This document shows positions 10,601 through 19,366 of a stretch of 64,000 nucleotides of DNA, piece by piece. The notes under the pieces were generated by a model. That model did not search any database and had not been told where the DNA came from. It saw only the letters and a program-made list of their open reading frames with translations. This DNA comes from an uncultured cyanobacterium (GTDB lineage: Bacteria; Cyanobacteriota; Cyanobacteriia; Cyanobacteriales; CAWCAG01). Position 1 is the first letter of the stretch. Every line of letters begins with the position of its first letter. The stretch lies in contig CAWCAG010000005.1 of NCBI GenBank assembly GCA_963793425.1, positions 512,001 through 576,000 of the forward strand. The letters are read 5' to 3'. The position numbers and the translations under genes were made by a program.

Positions 10601-12538
10601 GGCAATCCCAGTGCTATAGAAGATGTAGTCGTTAACGCTACCCGTCATGTCATTACTACTACCGTAACAACTATTGCTGGATTTATCCCCCTGTTGGTGA
10701 GCGGAGGCCCTTTCTGGCAACCTTTGGCAATTGCCATCGCCGGAGGAATTAGCGGGTCTTCTCTACTCGCTCTCTATTTTGTCCCGGCGGTTTATTTAAT
10801 TATTAAGGGCAAACCAAAGCCCCATCAGTTCAAGAGGCAATATGAACCTAGTTTGCCCGATGAGCAAAAATTCAACTCAAAACCTCAAACCATTCCTTTA
10901 ACTACAAACACAATTATGACTAAATCAACAGTAACCATCTTTAGCAAACCAAACTGTCAATATTGTGTTCGCGCGAAAGCACTTCTAGATTACCTTGAGG
11001 TCAAGTGCCAAGAATATGATGTCACCGCCAGTCAAAGAAATGCTGATGCTTCAGTTTATTTTAGTGGTGTTGCTACCGTACCACAAATATTCATTGGTAA
11101 CTATCATATCAACGGTGCAGAAGACTTAGAGAAACTGGAAACAACAGGAAGGCTTGAAGAAATCCTGGAAATAGCCAAAGGTGATTTAGCTTTAGATACT
11201 TTTTCTGCTCAAGAACTACATCAGGGTGCAAAAGATGTCCCCCTACGGGAGTATATTCCCATGAGTGATGGTAGCAGAGATCAAGACGATGAAAGCTTAC
11301 CAATTCTACACTTCTACAAAGAGTTTTTCGGTTTTTGGCCCCATACCTTTGCTTACCTACATCATTGGCAAGAAGCCTACAAGCTTTTTGTCTACTGCCA
11401 CAACTTTTCTGCCGTAGGCTATGGTAAGCATTTCCTGAGTATGAAGTTAATGTCGGCTATTGGCTATGCCACGTCCCATGCTCATGGTTGTTCCTATTGT
11501 CAGGTACATAGTGCAGCAGCTGGGGGTGAACAATCTCAAGAGATTGTCAAACAGCTCAAACAAGGGCATCAAGGAAACAATAGTCTCTTTAATTCCTCAG
11601 AAATTGCCCTTGTAGATTTAGCAGCAGCAGCTAGTAAAAATGCAGTAGATAAAACTTTGCTGGCATCTGTGCAGAATACAGATGCCAGTCTGCAAAATCA
11701 GCTTGAAGGAACAAAGTTGATTACGGCTGCTTTTGGTTTTCTCAATGTTTTCAACGATTTGACTGGACTAGAAATCGAGGGGGATTGGGCAAGTCAAGCA
11801 CAAGAGAAAGTGGGTATTGAACCAGGACGACATGGCAAAGCAGATGCTAACCCCAACAATCTTGATTATGAAATAGCAAAGGGTGATTTGTCTATTCAAG
11901 ATATGTTGGCAAAATATGATTATGCCATAGATGATCTTGAAACTTATGCCCAAGAAGAATTTGGCTTATTTCCAGCCTGGATGCAAAATTGGACACAGCC
12001 ATTACAAAAGCGTCATGCTTATCTCTATGGCGAATTGATGGGTGATCGCAGAGATAGTTTAATTTCCTCTGAACTCAAGCATCTGATGGCGCGGGTAAGT
12101 GCGATCGCTAAGGGTCACGATTACCTAGCCGCAGTTGAGGGCTACATGGCTCATCATACAGCTAGTAATCAAGAAAAGGTGTTAGAGCGTATCCGTCAAT
12201 GTTTTGTCGCCGCAACTAGCCAAGAAGATACTAGCAGCATCTTTAAGGAAAAAGAACAAGCTGCCCTAAAACTTGCTTGGTTATCAGCCCAAGTCCCTTT
12301 GACAACACCTTATAAATTCATCAAGCCAGTGATTGAGTTTTATCAACCCCAAGAATTAATTCATTTGATTGTTGTTTGTTCCGTTGCTTCAATGGTGCAA
12401 CGCTTTGTTGCTATTGACAAAACAGCAATGGAAACAGAGGTAAGTCAGTTTTATATTCAACATTCAATGGCAACAAATTCTTTTCAAGTTCGCTATTCAT
12501 TGTCGGTTAATCAGCCGGATTTAGCTAAAAAATGTTAA
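7688..12538 (+). CDS. AcrB-family RND permease fused to glutaredoxin and tandem AhpD/CMD-like domains (1616 aa)
   Basis: Residues 1-~1040 are RND (LPQQEDPEL, GLLIDNAIVVVD, WQPLAIAIAGG). From Met1077 (ATG 10916) a Grx fold follows (SKPNCQYC, TVPQIFI..IxG), then an AhpD-like region (HGCSYCQVH). No stop codon separates them. Confidence 0.88.
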   Translation: MMVKPFYRNIRLLILTFILIIAWGILSFQSLPQQEDPELVSRVAVVKTAFPGASAERVEALVTEALEGEITEIEEIDTLQSDSRVGFSTVTIELVDSVANAQLIWSKVRDKINDASAFFPPGAGVPELEEVKIKAYTAIASLTWNQPSEPNYSVLRRYAEQLEVAMRGVEGTEEAKSFGAPNEEITVEINAPDLVTVGLSPQELAEQINFSDAKVTAGQFRSDRSNIAIEVDSELATIERIRQIPIQSNAGQFTRLSDIAQVNRTILQPPTNLALVSGKPAIVVGIIIKSGLKIGQWTEDVKAEIARFEAGLPQGVSLDLIFDQSEYVEARIGSLISNLVVGALLVVGVNLVSMGWRSSLVVGVALPLTTCMVFGWMSLLNIPIHQMSVTGLIIALGLLIDNAIVVVDEIQVEMQHGAKPLEALLKTVNYLKVPLFASTITTVLTFLPIVLLPGAAGEFVRSIALSVIMALISSLALSLTVIASLAARMLARSPEEAEQLKFKKTQPQKIIQKIKTFLSRPEAWWNQGFTSRSLARPYRQSLKFTASKPLLAIALTFCIPLIGFISAKTLDNQFFPSVSRDQFQIEVEFASSTAIAETEAKMLQGREIILANPLVKDVHWFMGESAPKFYYNFTGNRQNQSNYAQAMVQLNTDQDLEAIVQELQNELDVQFPSARILVRQLQQGPPYDAPVEMRIFGPNLAELRRLGMEVRGILATVPDVIHVRDDLTEALPKLGLSVDEEQAKQAGLTNTAIAQQLEAYLEGAIGGSILEATENLPVRVRVSNVDRADLSQIASIDLSAKGGGNSDFVSTSALGEFNLTPELANIARYNEQRVNTVQGYITAGVLPAAVLAKFQAELAANKFQLPSGYRYEFGGEQEQSSQAQGNLAQYVPLLLVVMITALVLSLGSFRQAGIVGGVAVGCIGTALFSLKVASAPLGFMAIIGIMGLVGIAINDTVIVLSALNEHPQAREGNPSAIEDVVVNATRHVITTTVTTIAGFIPLLVSGGPFWQPLAIAIAGGISGSSLLALYFVPAVYLIIKGKPKPHQFKRQYEPSLPDEQKFNSKPQTIPLTTNTIMTKSTVTIFSKPNCQYCVRAKALLDYLEVKCQEYDVTASQRNADASVYFSGVATVPQIFIGNYHINGAEDLEKLETTGRLEEILEIAKGDLALDTFSAQELHQGAKDVPLREYIPMSDGSRDQDDESLPILHFYKEFFGFWPHTFAYLHHWQEAYKLFVYCHNFSAVGYGKHFLSMKLMSAIGYATSHAHGCSYCQVHSAAAGGEQSQEIVKQLKQGHQGNNSLFNSSEIALVDLAAAASKNAVDKTLLASVQNTDASLQNQLEGTKLITAAFGFLNVFNDLTGLEIEGDWASQAQEKVGIEPGRHGKADANPNNLDYEIAKGDLSIQDMLAKYDYAIDDLETYAQEEFGLFPAWMQNWTQPLQKRHAYLYGELMGDRRDSLISSELKHLMARVSAIAKGHDYLAAVEGYMAHHTASNQEKVLERIRQCFVAATSQEDTSSIFKEKEQAALKLAWLSAQVPLTTPYKFIKPVIEFYQPQELIHLIVVCSVASMVQRFVAIDKTAMETEVSQFYIQHSMATNSFQVRYSLSVNQPDLAKKC

Positions 12539-12582
12539 ACGTTAAACGTTAAATGTTAATCATTAAATTTTAGCTGAACAAG

Positions 12583-13017
12583 ATGTTGACTTACCGTAAT
12601 CCTGCCCCCACAGTTGATATTATTATCGAATTAATTGACCAACCTCAACGCCCTATTGTCTTAATTGAGAGGAAAAATCCTCCTTACGGTTGGGCTATTC
12701 CTGGGGGATTTATCGATTATGGCGAATCTGTAGAAACTGCTGCCCGCAGGGAAGCAAAAGAAGAAGTTAGCTTAAAGGTAGAATTAGTTGCCTTGTTGGG
12801 GGTTTATTCCGACCCTAACCGCGATCCTCGTAAACATACAATGAGTGCGGTATATATCGCTACAGCAACAGGAAAGCCCCAGGCAGATGATGATGCTAAG
12901 AGTTTAGGAGTTTTCCTGCCTTGGGAGTTTCCTAGCAACCTTTGTTTTGATCACGATCTCATTCTTAAAGATTACAGACGCTTCCGCGATTATGGCTTGC
13001 TGCCGATTGTGAAATAA
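12583..13017 (+). CDS. NUDIX hydrolase
   Basis: Nudix box [29 protein letters not shown]. Confidence 0.95.
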   Translation: MLTYRNPAPTVDIIIELIDQPQRPIVLIERKNPPYGWAIPGGFIDYGESVETAARREAKEEVSLKVELVALLGVYSDPNRDPRKHTMSAVYIATATGKPQADDDAKSLGVFLPWEFPSNLCFDHDLILKDYRRFRDYGLLPIVK

Positions 13018-13126
13018 GGAAGATTAGTGAAGTAGCGTCATGAAACTCCCTACCCGAAGCAATAAACCTTGTAACCTAACAGAATTTGGTATGATTTAAG
13101 AAAAAGCTTTACCAAAGGAGAATTAT

Positions 13127-13339
13127 ATGGCTGAATACAGAAAAATTGAATATCGTATTGGTAAAGATGGCAAAATTACCGAAAAAGTACTCAATGGTTC
13201 CGGAGAAGGCTGTCAAGAAACCACGAAAGTTATTGAAGAAGCTTTAGGGAAAGTTGAGTCTCAAGAATTACTGCCAGAATATTATCAAGGAGATAATTAC
13301 TCCTCTACAGAAGATACTCAATCCTTAACTCAAAATTAA
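13127..13339 (+). CDS. DUF2997 family small protein
   Basis: IEYRIGKDGKITEKV..G.G..C.E.T..IEEALG pattern; SD aggag upstream. Confidence 0.8.
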   Translation: MAEYRKIEYRIGKDGKITEKVLNGSGEGCQETTKVIEEALGKVESQELLPEYYQGDNYSSTEDTQSLTQN

Positions 13340-13353
13340 GCCAAGGTAAGAAA

Positions 13354-14124
13354 GTGGAGAGTCTTAATTTCTTTTTATTTGGTTGCATTCTTTGGTTGGG
13401 GATTGCTTGGTTAGGTTTAAGCTATTTGAGTTTAAACTTTTTTGCTAAGTCAGAACCAGAAAGAACATTTGCCTACGATTTGTTACTTAAAGAACGAATG
13501 CAGGAATTAGCTATACCAAATTGGCAAGTGTTACAAGAAAAGTCAGGGTTAACTTCTTTAAGTCTTACCAAAATACGTAAAGGGAAATTAGGACAACTTA
13601 GTGTTGATAAGTTAGAAAGATTGGCTACGGTTTTACACTGGGGTTATCAAGATTTGCTCCAAAATTTCAAGTCAATTTCTTTACAAGATTCTCCATCTCC
13701 TACAGTTGACTATCAAGAAAGAATAGAAGAATTACAAAAGCAATGTTCTCGCTTACGACAGGAATTAGACCAACAAAGCAAACATCTAACTGAAGATTGG
13801 CAAAGTTCAACTTTTCAAGAATTGCAAACCCTGTTAACTAATTATCCTACAGCTAAAAAGATTGCTCAGGTGAAAACGGATTTGCCTGCGAAGAATTTAG
13901 TTGCTTTATTTACTTCTCTGGATAATTTATTAACCAGTTGGAATTATGAAACTATAGGGCAAGTTTGGCAACAGGTTTGCTATGATCCCCAATTACATCA
14001 ACCTGACAAAGATGATATTGAACCCGGAGAAGAAGTTTATATTCGCTTCGTTGGTTATCGCCAAGGTGAAAAGATTATTTGTCCAGCTAAAGTAAGCCGC
14101 AGCCTACCACCAGGTGCGGGATAG
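13354..14124 (+). CDS. GrpE-like protein with N-terminal TM segment and XRE-type HTH
   Basis: Hydrophobic N-terminus, HTH-like LQEKSGLTSLSLTKIRKG, coiled coil, GrpE-like beta domain YDPQLHQ...RFVGY...PAKV. Confidence 0.7.
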   Translation: MESLNFFLFGCILWLGIAWLGLSYLSLNFFAKSEPERTFAYDLLLKERMQELAIPNWQVLQEKSGLTSLSLTKIRKGKLGQLSVDKLERLATVLHWGYQDLLQNFKSISLQDSPSPTVDYQERIEELQKQCSRLRQELDQQSKHLTEDWQSSTFQELQTLLTNYPTAKKIAQVKTDLPAKNLVALFTSLDNLLTSWNYETIGQVWQQVCYDPQLHQPDKDDIEPGEEVYIRFVGYRQGEKIICPAKVSRSLPPGAG

Positions 14125-14160
14125 GTAAGTCAGTAACAAAAGTAATAAGTGTTATAAATT

Positions 14161-15741
14161 ATGACAGTGGTGGCCATTGATTTTGGCACTAGTAATACCG
14201 TTGTTAGTATCTTGGAGCCAGATACTAATATTCCTAGAACTCTACGCTTTCCTAATATTTCTCGTCTTTTTAGTCTCTCTTTTTTAGAAACAAGTAAAGA
14301 GACAATTGCCGCAGTTCCTAGTTTGGTTTTTGTTAAGAGTCCTACAGAAATCATCTTAGGAGAAAGAGTTCGTTCTCAGCGTTTAGGTTCTACACAACCG
14401 GAGCGTTTATTTAAAGCTTTTAAACGGGATTTAGCTACAGATTTTTGCCCCCCGCCCCGTAATATTGCAGGAGAAAGCTATACTCCAGAGTTAGTTGCTG
14501 AAGTTTTTTTACAAAATATTTATCAACAATTACAAGAGTTAAATATAGAAGCAACTCAAATTATTTTCACAGTCCCTGTAGGAGCATCTGAACGCTATCT
14601 TGATTGGTTTTGGGACTTGGCAGAAAAGTTAAGTTTACCTCAAGTACAGTTAGTAGATGAATCCACCGCAGCAGCTTTAGGTTATGCAATTAAGCGCCCC
14701 GGTTCTGTGGTTTTGGTAGTAGATTTTGGTGGCGGTACTTTAGATTTAAGTTTAATTCGTACCTCAGCAAGACAAAATCAGACAAATAAGGTGGTTTTGC
14801 AAGCAGAGGTTATTGCTAAATCTGATGCTTATGTGGGTGGAGAAGATATTGATATTTGGATTGTTGAAGATTATTTACAGCAAACCAATTCCTCAAGAGA
14901 GGCTATAGGAGAAATTGGCTGGCAAAATTTATTAGAATTAGCAGAAAAACTAAAAATACGTCTTTCTCAGACCACAGAAGCGAAAGAAAGTTGGTTTGAT
15001 GAAGAAAGTTTTATGTCTTATGAGTTGCAACTTACCCAGGATAAGTTAGCTGAAATTCTGGAGAATCGCCAGTTACTAGAACAATTGAGAAATGTTTTAG
15101 ATGAAGTTATCAGAACTGCTTTTAATCAGGGTGTGAATAAAAGTAGTATTGAACAGGTAGTATTGGTAGGAGGTAGTTGTTTAATCCCTGCAATACAGCA
15201 ATTAATCCAGTCTTATTTTGGTAAAAACAAAGTCAAACTAGATAAGCCTTTTCAAGCAGTTTCCCACGGGGCTTTAACTTTAAACAATTTAGAAAATATT
15301 CAAGACAATCTCCGCCATAGCTATGCGATTCGCATCTGGGAACCATTTAATAATAACTATTTCTATTACACTCTTTTTCCTAAAGGAACCTCCTATCCTT
15401 GCCAGCGAGAAGAAATTCTCACCCTACGGGTAGCAAATGAAGGACAAACCGAAATACGTTTAGATATTGGGGAATTGGCGGAAACAACTCAAGGAGAAGT
15501 AGAATATGATAGCCAAGGCAGAATGACTAGTGGCTATTTACTGCAAAATCAAGAATACCGTTCCTTACAAAGCGCTAGTGAGGAAGTTTGTCTAGCTAAA
15601 TTAAACCCCCCAGGAGAAATTGGCATAGATAGACTCGCTATAGAATTTGCAGTGAATGAACGTAGGGTATTGTTAGCAACGGTAACAGACTTACTAACCC
15701 AAAAAGTTTTGTGGCGAGATAAAGTGATCGCTAGGTTATGA
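14161..15741 (+). CDS. Atypical Hsp70/DnaK-family protein
   Basis: AIDFGTSNT, DESTAAALGY, VDFGGGTLDLS and VLVGGS motifs; 526 aa with no recognisable canonical DnaK lid. Confidence 0.9.
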   Translation: MTVVAIDFGTSNTVVSILEPDTNIPRTLRFPNISRLFSLSFLETSKETIAAVPSLVFVKSPTEIILGERVRSQRLGSTQPERLFKAFKRDLATDFCPPPRNIAGESYTPELVAEVFLQNIYQQLQELNIEATQIIFTVPVGASERYLDWFWDLAEKLSLPQVQLVDESTAAALGYAIKRPGSVVLVVDFGGGTLDLSLIRTSARQNQTNKVVLQAEVIAKSDAYVGGEDIDIWIVEDYLQQTNSSREAIGEIGWQNLLELAEKLKIRLSQTTEAKESWFDEESFMSYELQLTQDKLAEILENRQLLEQLRNVLDEVIRTAFNQGVNKSSIEQVVLVGGSCLIPAIQQLIQSYFGKNKVKLDKPFQAVSHGALTLNNLENIQDNLRHSYAIRIWEPFNNNYFYYTLFPKGTSYPCQREEILTLRVANEGQTEIRLDIGELAETTQGEVEYDSQGRMTSGYLLQNQEYRSLQSASEEVCLAKLNPPGEIGIDRLAIEFAVNERRVLLATVTDLLTQKVLWRDKVIARL

Positions 15742-15824
15742 TTCAACAGTTAATTGCTAATTGTTTCAGGGTTGACAAAAGTATAGGATAATTTAACTTA
15801 ATAAAACTAAAAGAAGATTAACCC

Positions 15825-16313
15825 ATGAAGTACCTGAAACGACTATTAGCCCTTATTTTAATTACTATACTTCTGGGTTTACCTTTACCCGCCCAAGCCG
15901 TAGAAAGTAAGTTGATTTATAATAATCTTTCTCTCAAAGGAGATGATTTTTCCAACCGAGAATTAGTTGGGGCAGAGTTTGGCAAAACTAATTTAGAAAA
16001 TGTCAATTTTAGCAACTCTAATATGCAAGGAGTCGTTATTAATGCTTCTCCGGTTGCCGGGGCTAATTTACATGGAGTAGATTACTCCTACGGTATCACC
16101 TATCTGGAAAACTTTAAAGACTCCGACTTCACTGATGCCCAGTTTTTCCAAGCTTTGATGCTGCGGACTACTTTTAATAATGTAGACATTACAGGGGCAG
16201 ATTTTACTGATGCAGTTTTAGAAAAAACAGAAGTTAATAAACTTTGTCAAATTGCTAGGGGTGTAAATTCTGTCACAGGAGTTGCGACTCGTGATTCTTT
16301 AGGATGCAAGTAA
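15825..16313 (+). CDS. Pentapeptide repeat protein with signal peptide
   Basis: Signal peptide ending AQA, pentapeptide repeats, C-terminal LC..A.G.N..TGVATRDSLGC. Confidence 0.92.
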   Translation: MKYLKRLLALILITILLGLPLPAQAVESKLIYNNLSLKGDDFSNRELVGAEFGKTNLENVNFSNSNMQGVVINASPVAGANLHGVDYSYGITYLENFKDSDFTDAQFFQALMLRTTFNNVDITGADFTDAVLEKTEVNKLCQIARGVNSVTGVATRDSLGCK

Positions 16314-16321
16314 TCAATAAT

Positions 16322-16342
16322 GCCTACGGCAACGGCAAAGCC
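16322..16342 (+). repeat. Small dispersed repeat (gcctacggcaacggc..) copy
   Basis: Inverted copy at 36682-36706; degenerate copy at about 35809-35833. Confidence 0.6.
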
Positions 16343-16414
16343 TTGTAGTTATTAGTGATCTTTGATTTAAGAAACAATGCTTATCACAGGAGTTGCAACC
16401 CGCGAGTTATTATT

Positions 16415-17545
16415 ATGTCCTTAAAACGAGTTGGTGTCATTGGTGGTGGGCAATTAGCTGGGATGATGGCAGCCGAAGCAGAAGCTTTGGGTATTGAATT
16501 GGTGGTGCAAACTCCCGATTCTCAAGATCCCGCTGTTGCAGTAGCCAATGAAGTTATTTATGCCCCGGTAGATGATGCGGTGGCTACAGCTAAATTAGCT
16601 ACTCACTGCCAGAGTATCACCTTTGAGAATGAATTTATTAACCTAGCTGCCTTAAGCAAATTAGCCCAGGAAGGGATTTGTTTTCGCCCCAGCTTGGAGG
16701 CTTTAGCCCCCCTATTAGATAAATATAAACAACGCCTTTACCTAAAAAAAATTGGTTTACCTGTACCCAAATTCATTCTTTTAGAATCAGGGCAAGAAAT
16801 AACTTCTCCCTTTGGTTTTCCCGCTGTACTTAAAACTAGGCGCAACGGTTATGATGGCAAAGGTACATTTATTGTTAAAAACCTAAATGACCTCAAAACC
16901 ACCTGGGAAAGCCGAGAATGTCCCGACATTCTTTTAGAAGAATTTGTTCCTTTTAACCAAGAATTAGCGGTTATGGCTGCCCGTAGCCTCAAGGGAGAAA
17001 TCGTTATCTATCCAATAGTGGAAACCCAACAAGTAAACCAGGTTTGCCGCCGCGTCATTGCCCCAGCCCAAATCAACCCGGAATTGGTTTCTCAAATTCA
17101 GGCGATCGCAACTACCCTACTAGAAAAACTCCAAGTTGTGGGCATTTTTGGCATTGAACTATTCCTCACCGAGGATCAGCAAGTCTTAGTTAATGAAATA
17201 GCCCCCCGTACTCATAATTCCGGACATTTCACCCTTGATGCTTGCGAAACTTCCCAATTTGCTATGCAACTACAAACCGTAGCAGATTTACCCCTCGGTT
17301 CACCGCAAATGAAATATCCAGGGGCAGTGATGGTTAATCTTTTAGGTGATGAAACCTCTGTAAGTGACTACCAAGCAAAAAGAAGCCGACTCCAAGCAAT
17401 GCCCCAAACCTTCGTTCATTGGTACGGCAAAAAAGAGTCTTACCCAGGGCGTAAATTAGGCCATGTCACAACTTTATTAAAATCTCCAGATAGATCCGCT
17501 GCCCTAAAAATGATTCAAGCAATAGAATCCCTCTGGTACAGTTAA
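16415..17545 (+). CDS. purK: 5-(carboxyamino)imidazole ribonucleotide synthase
   Basis: GVIGGGQLAGM, ITFENE, GYDGKG, NEIAPRTHNSGH, GRKLGHV; probable start ATG 16415. Confidence 0.96.
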   Translation: MSLKRVGVIGGGQLAGMMAAEAEALGIELVVQTPDSQDPAVAVANEVIYAPVDDAVATAKLATHCQSITFENEFINLAALSKLAQEGICFRPSLEALAPLLDKYKQRLYLKKIGLPVPKFILLESGQEITSPFGFPAVLKTRRNGYDGKGTFIVKNLNDLKTTWESRECPDILLEEFVPFNQELAVMAARSLKGEIVIYPIVETQQVNQVCRRVIAPAQINPELVSQIQAIATTLLEKLQVVGIFGIELFLTEDQQVLVNEIAPRTHNSGHFTLDACETSQFAMQLQTVADLPLGSPQMKYPGAVMVNLLGDETSVSDYQAKRSRLQAMPQTFVHWYGKKESYPGRKLGHVTTLLKSPDRSAALKMIQAIESLWYS

Positions 17546-19080
17546 ACCTCCTGTTTACCCATTTCCCTGTCAGGGTCTATAGGAATTTCTATCCAAAATT
17601 CTGTTCCCTCTCCGGGGGCAGATTTGCACTTAATAATACCTCGGTGATATTTAACAATAATTTGGTGACTTATAGACAAACCTAAACCTGTACCTTTTCC
17701 TACGGGTTTAGTAGTAAAAAAAGGTTCAAATAAACGCTCTTGTACTGAAGTATTTATACCACCACCATTATCTTTAATAATAATGGCGATCGCGTCATTG
17801 TTTTGTAACTTAGTACGCAGATGAATTTGCGGTTTAGTAAACTGATCATTTAATTTACACTCTTCTTCGAGGGCATCTATGGCATTACTGATTATATTCA
17901 TAAATACCTGATTAAGTTGGCTAGGGAAGCAATTAATTAAAGGAAGCTTGCCATAGTTTTTGATTACTTTTATCTCTGGCCTCTTACCTCTTGCTTTCAA
18001 GCGATGTCTTAAAATCAATAAGGTGTTATTAATACCTTCATGAATATCAACTTTCTTCCTCGTAGCCTCTTCTTGGCGAGAGAATTTACGCAAATTAAGT
18101 ACAATTTGTTCAATACGTCCCGTCCCTAAACTCATAGAATTAAGAATTTTAGGTAAGTCTTGAATAAGATAATCAAGCTCTAAATCTTCTATTTTATCTT
18201 TAATTTCTTCTTTTGGTTGAGGATAATGTTTTTGATAAAGCTCAAGAATATCTAAAAGGTCTTGAGTATAAGATTGAGCATAGTCAACGTTAGCACTAAT
18301 AAAGGTTAAAGGGTTATTGATCTCATGTGCCACACCAGCTACTAACTGACCCAAGCTAGACATCTTTTCGGCTTGGATGAGTTGAGTTTGAGTAGTTTTC
18401 AAATTTGCTAAAGCATTCTGAATTTTTTCTGCTTGCTGACAGGCTTTTTTTTCTGCTAAGCGGCTTTGCCTAATCAGTTCAGCTTGTTCAAGATAAACTG
18501 ATGATTCTTGAGCTTCTTTTTCCTTTTGATACTGACTAACTGCTATGTCTAAACTTTTGAGGAGAATTTTACTTTCAGAAGAAACATCAAGAATATATTT
18601 TAAATGAAGATTATCTAAATTCCAATTCTCCCTTTTACTTTCAACTAAGGACTTGATAGCATGAAGATAATCTTGTATTTGTTGCTCTAAATTAATTGGT
18701 GCTTCATAATAAATTCTCTTTAACGCTAAGGAAGGTTCCCCAGGCAGATTAAGGCTAGAATTACCGTGAATTAGTCCCTGGTGTGATTTACTCATTAAAG
18801 CAACAACACCTAAAAGATTTTGGCAGAGCTTTTCTTGTTCTTCTTGATCTGATGTTGAAACTAATCTTAGGGCATAAAGGGCTGCCTGCTGAGATAGCAT
18901 TCTTTGTCTGCCGCTAATATTAATTACTGCTGCATTAATCTCTTGCCAATCAGCTATGTTGTTTATGTTAAATTGAGCGACCAAAGTTAAAGAAAGTAAT
19001 AGTTGAAAATCAAGTTTACTAGCAATAAATTGAGAGGAAGCTTGCTTGTTAGAAGTTGATACAGATACACTTGTCACCAC
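17542..19080 (-). CDS. Sensor histidine kinase with N-terminal PilJ/NarX-like domain
   Basis: INISGRQRMLSQ P-box-like motif; H-box GVAHEINNPL; N, G1, F and G2 boxes (NAIDA, DNGGG, FEPFFTTK, GTGLGL). Confidence 0.9.
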   Translation of the reverse strand: MVTSVSVSTSNKQASSQFIASKLDFQLLLSLTLVAQFNINNIADWQEINAAVINISGRQRMLSQQAALYALRLVSTSDQEEQEKLCQNLLGVVALMSKSHQGLIHGNSSLNLPGEPSLALKRIYYEAPINLEQQIQDYLHAIKSLVESKRENWNLDNLHLKYILDVSSESKILLKSLDIAVSQYQKEKEAQESSVYLEQAELIRQSRLAEKKACQQAEKIQNALANLKTTQTQLIQAEKMSSLGQLVAGVAHEINNPLTFISANVDYAQSYTQDLLDILELYQKHYPQPKEEIKDKIEDLELDYLIQDLPKILNSMSLGTGRIEQIVLNLRKFSRQEEATRKKVDIHEGINNTLLILRHRLKARGKRPEIKVIKNYGKLPLINCFPSQLNQVFMNIISNAIDALEEECKLNDQFTKPQIHLRTKLQNNDAIAIIIKDNGGGINTSVQERLFEPFFTTKPVGKGTGLGLSISHQIIVKYHRGIIKCKSAPGEGTEFWIEIPIDPDREMGKQEV

Positions 19081-19203
19081 AGCTCAGAATCCTCAAGAGG
19101 CAATATCATTTACTTGAAGGCTTGGAGTACGGAAGTCAGAGATTGAAAACGTAGAAACACCAGCTTATCTAAACTAGGATGAACTATAAACGCAAATGTA
19201 GTT

Positions 19204-19217
19204 GTACTTGTTGATAC
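19204..19217. promoter_or_regulatory. Putative NtcA box upstream of the histidine kinase
   Basis: GTA-cttgttga-TAC (perfect GTAN8TAC); a second GTT-N8-TAC at 19279-19292. Confidence 0.55.
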
Positions 19218-19366
19218 GAAACTATCAAAAAGGAAGTTGAAGTTTTTCTAAAATCGTGCTATTAGATTCATTGATGTAGTTATCTTTTATACAAAAAGTC
19301 ACTTTTTTCAACTTTTGCATTGGCGTTTAGCTTCGTTATAAAATAATGAGAACGTAGCCATCTTTT

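Noticed and set aside
15772..15799. TTGACA-N16-TAACTT possible sigma70 promoter
   Set aside because: It is plausible but weak in AT-rich DNA and cannot be supported without TSS data.
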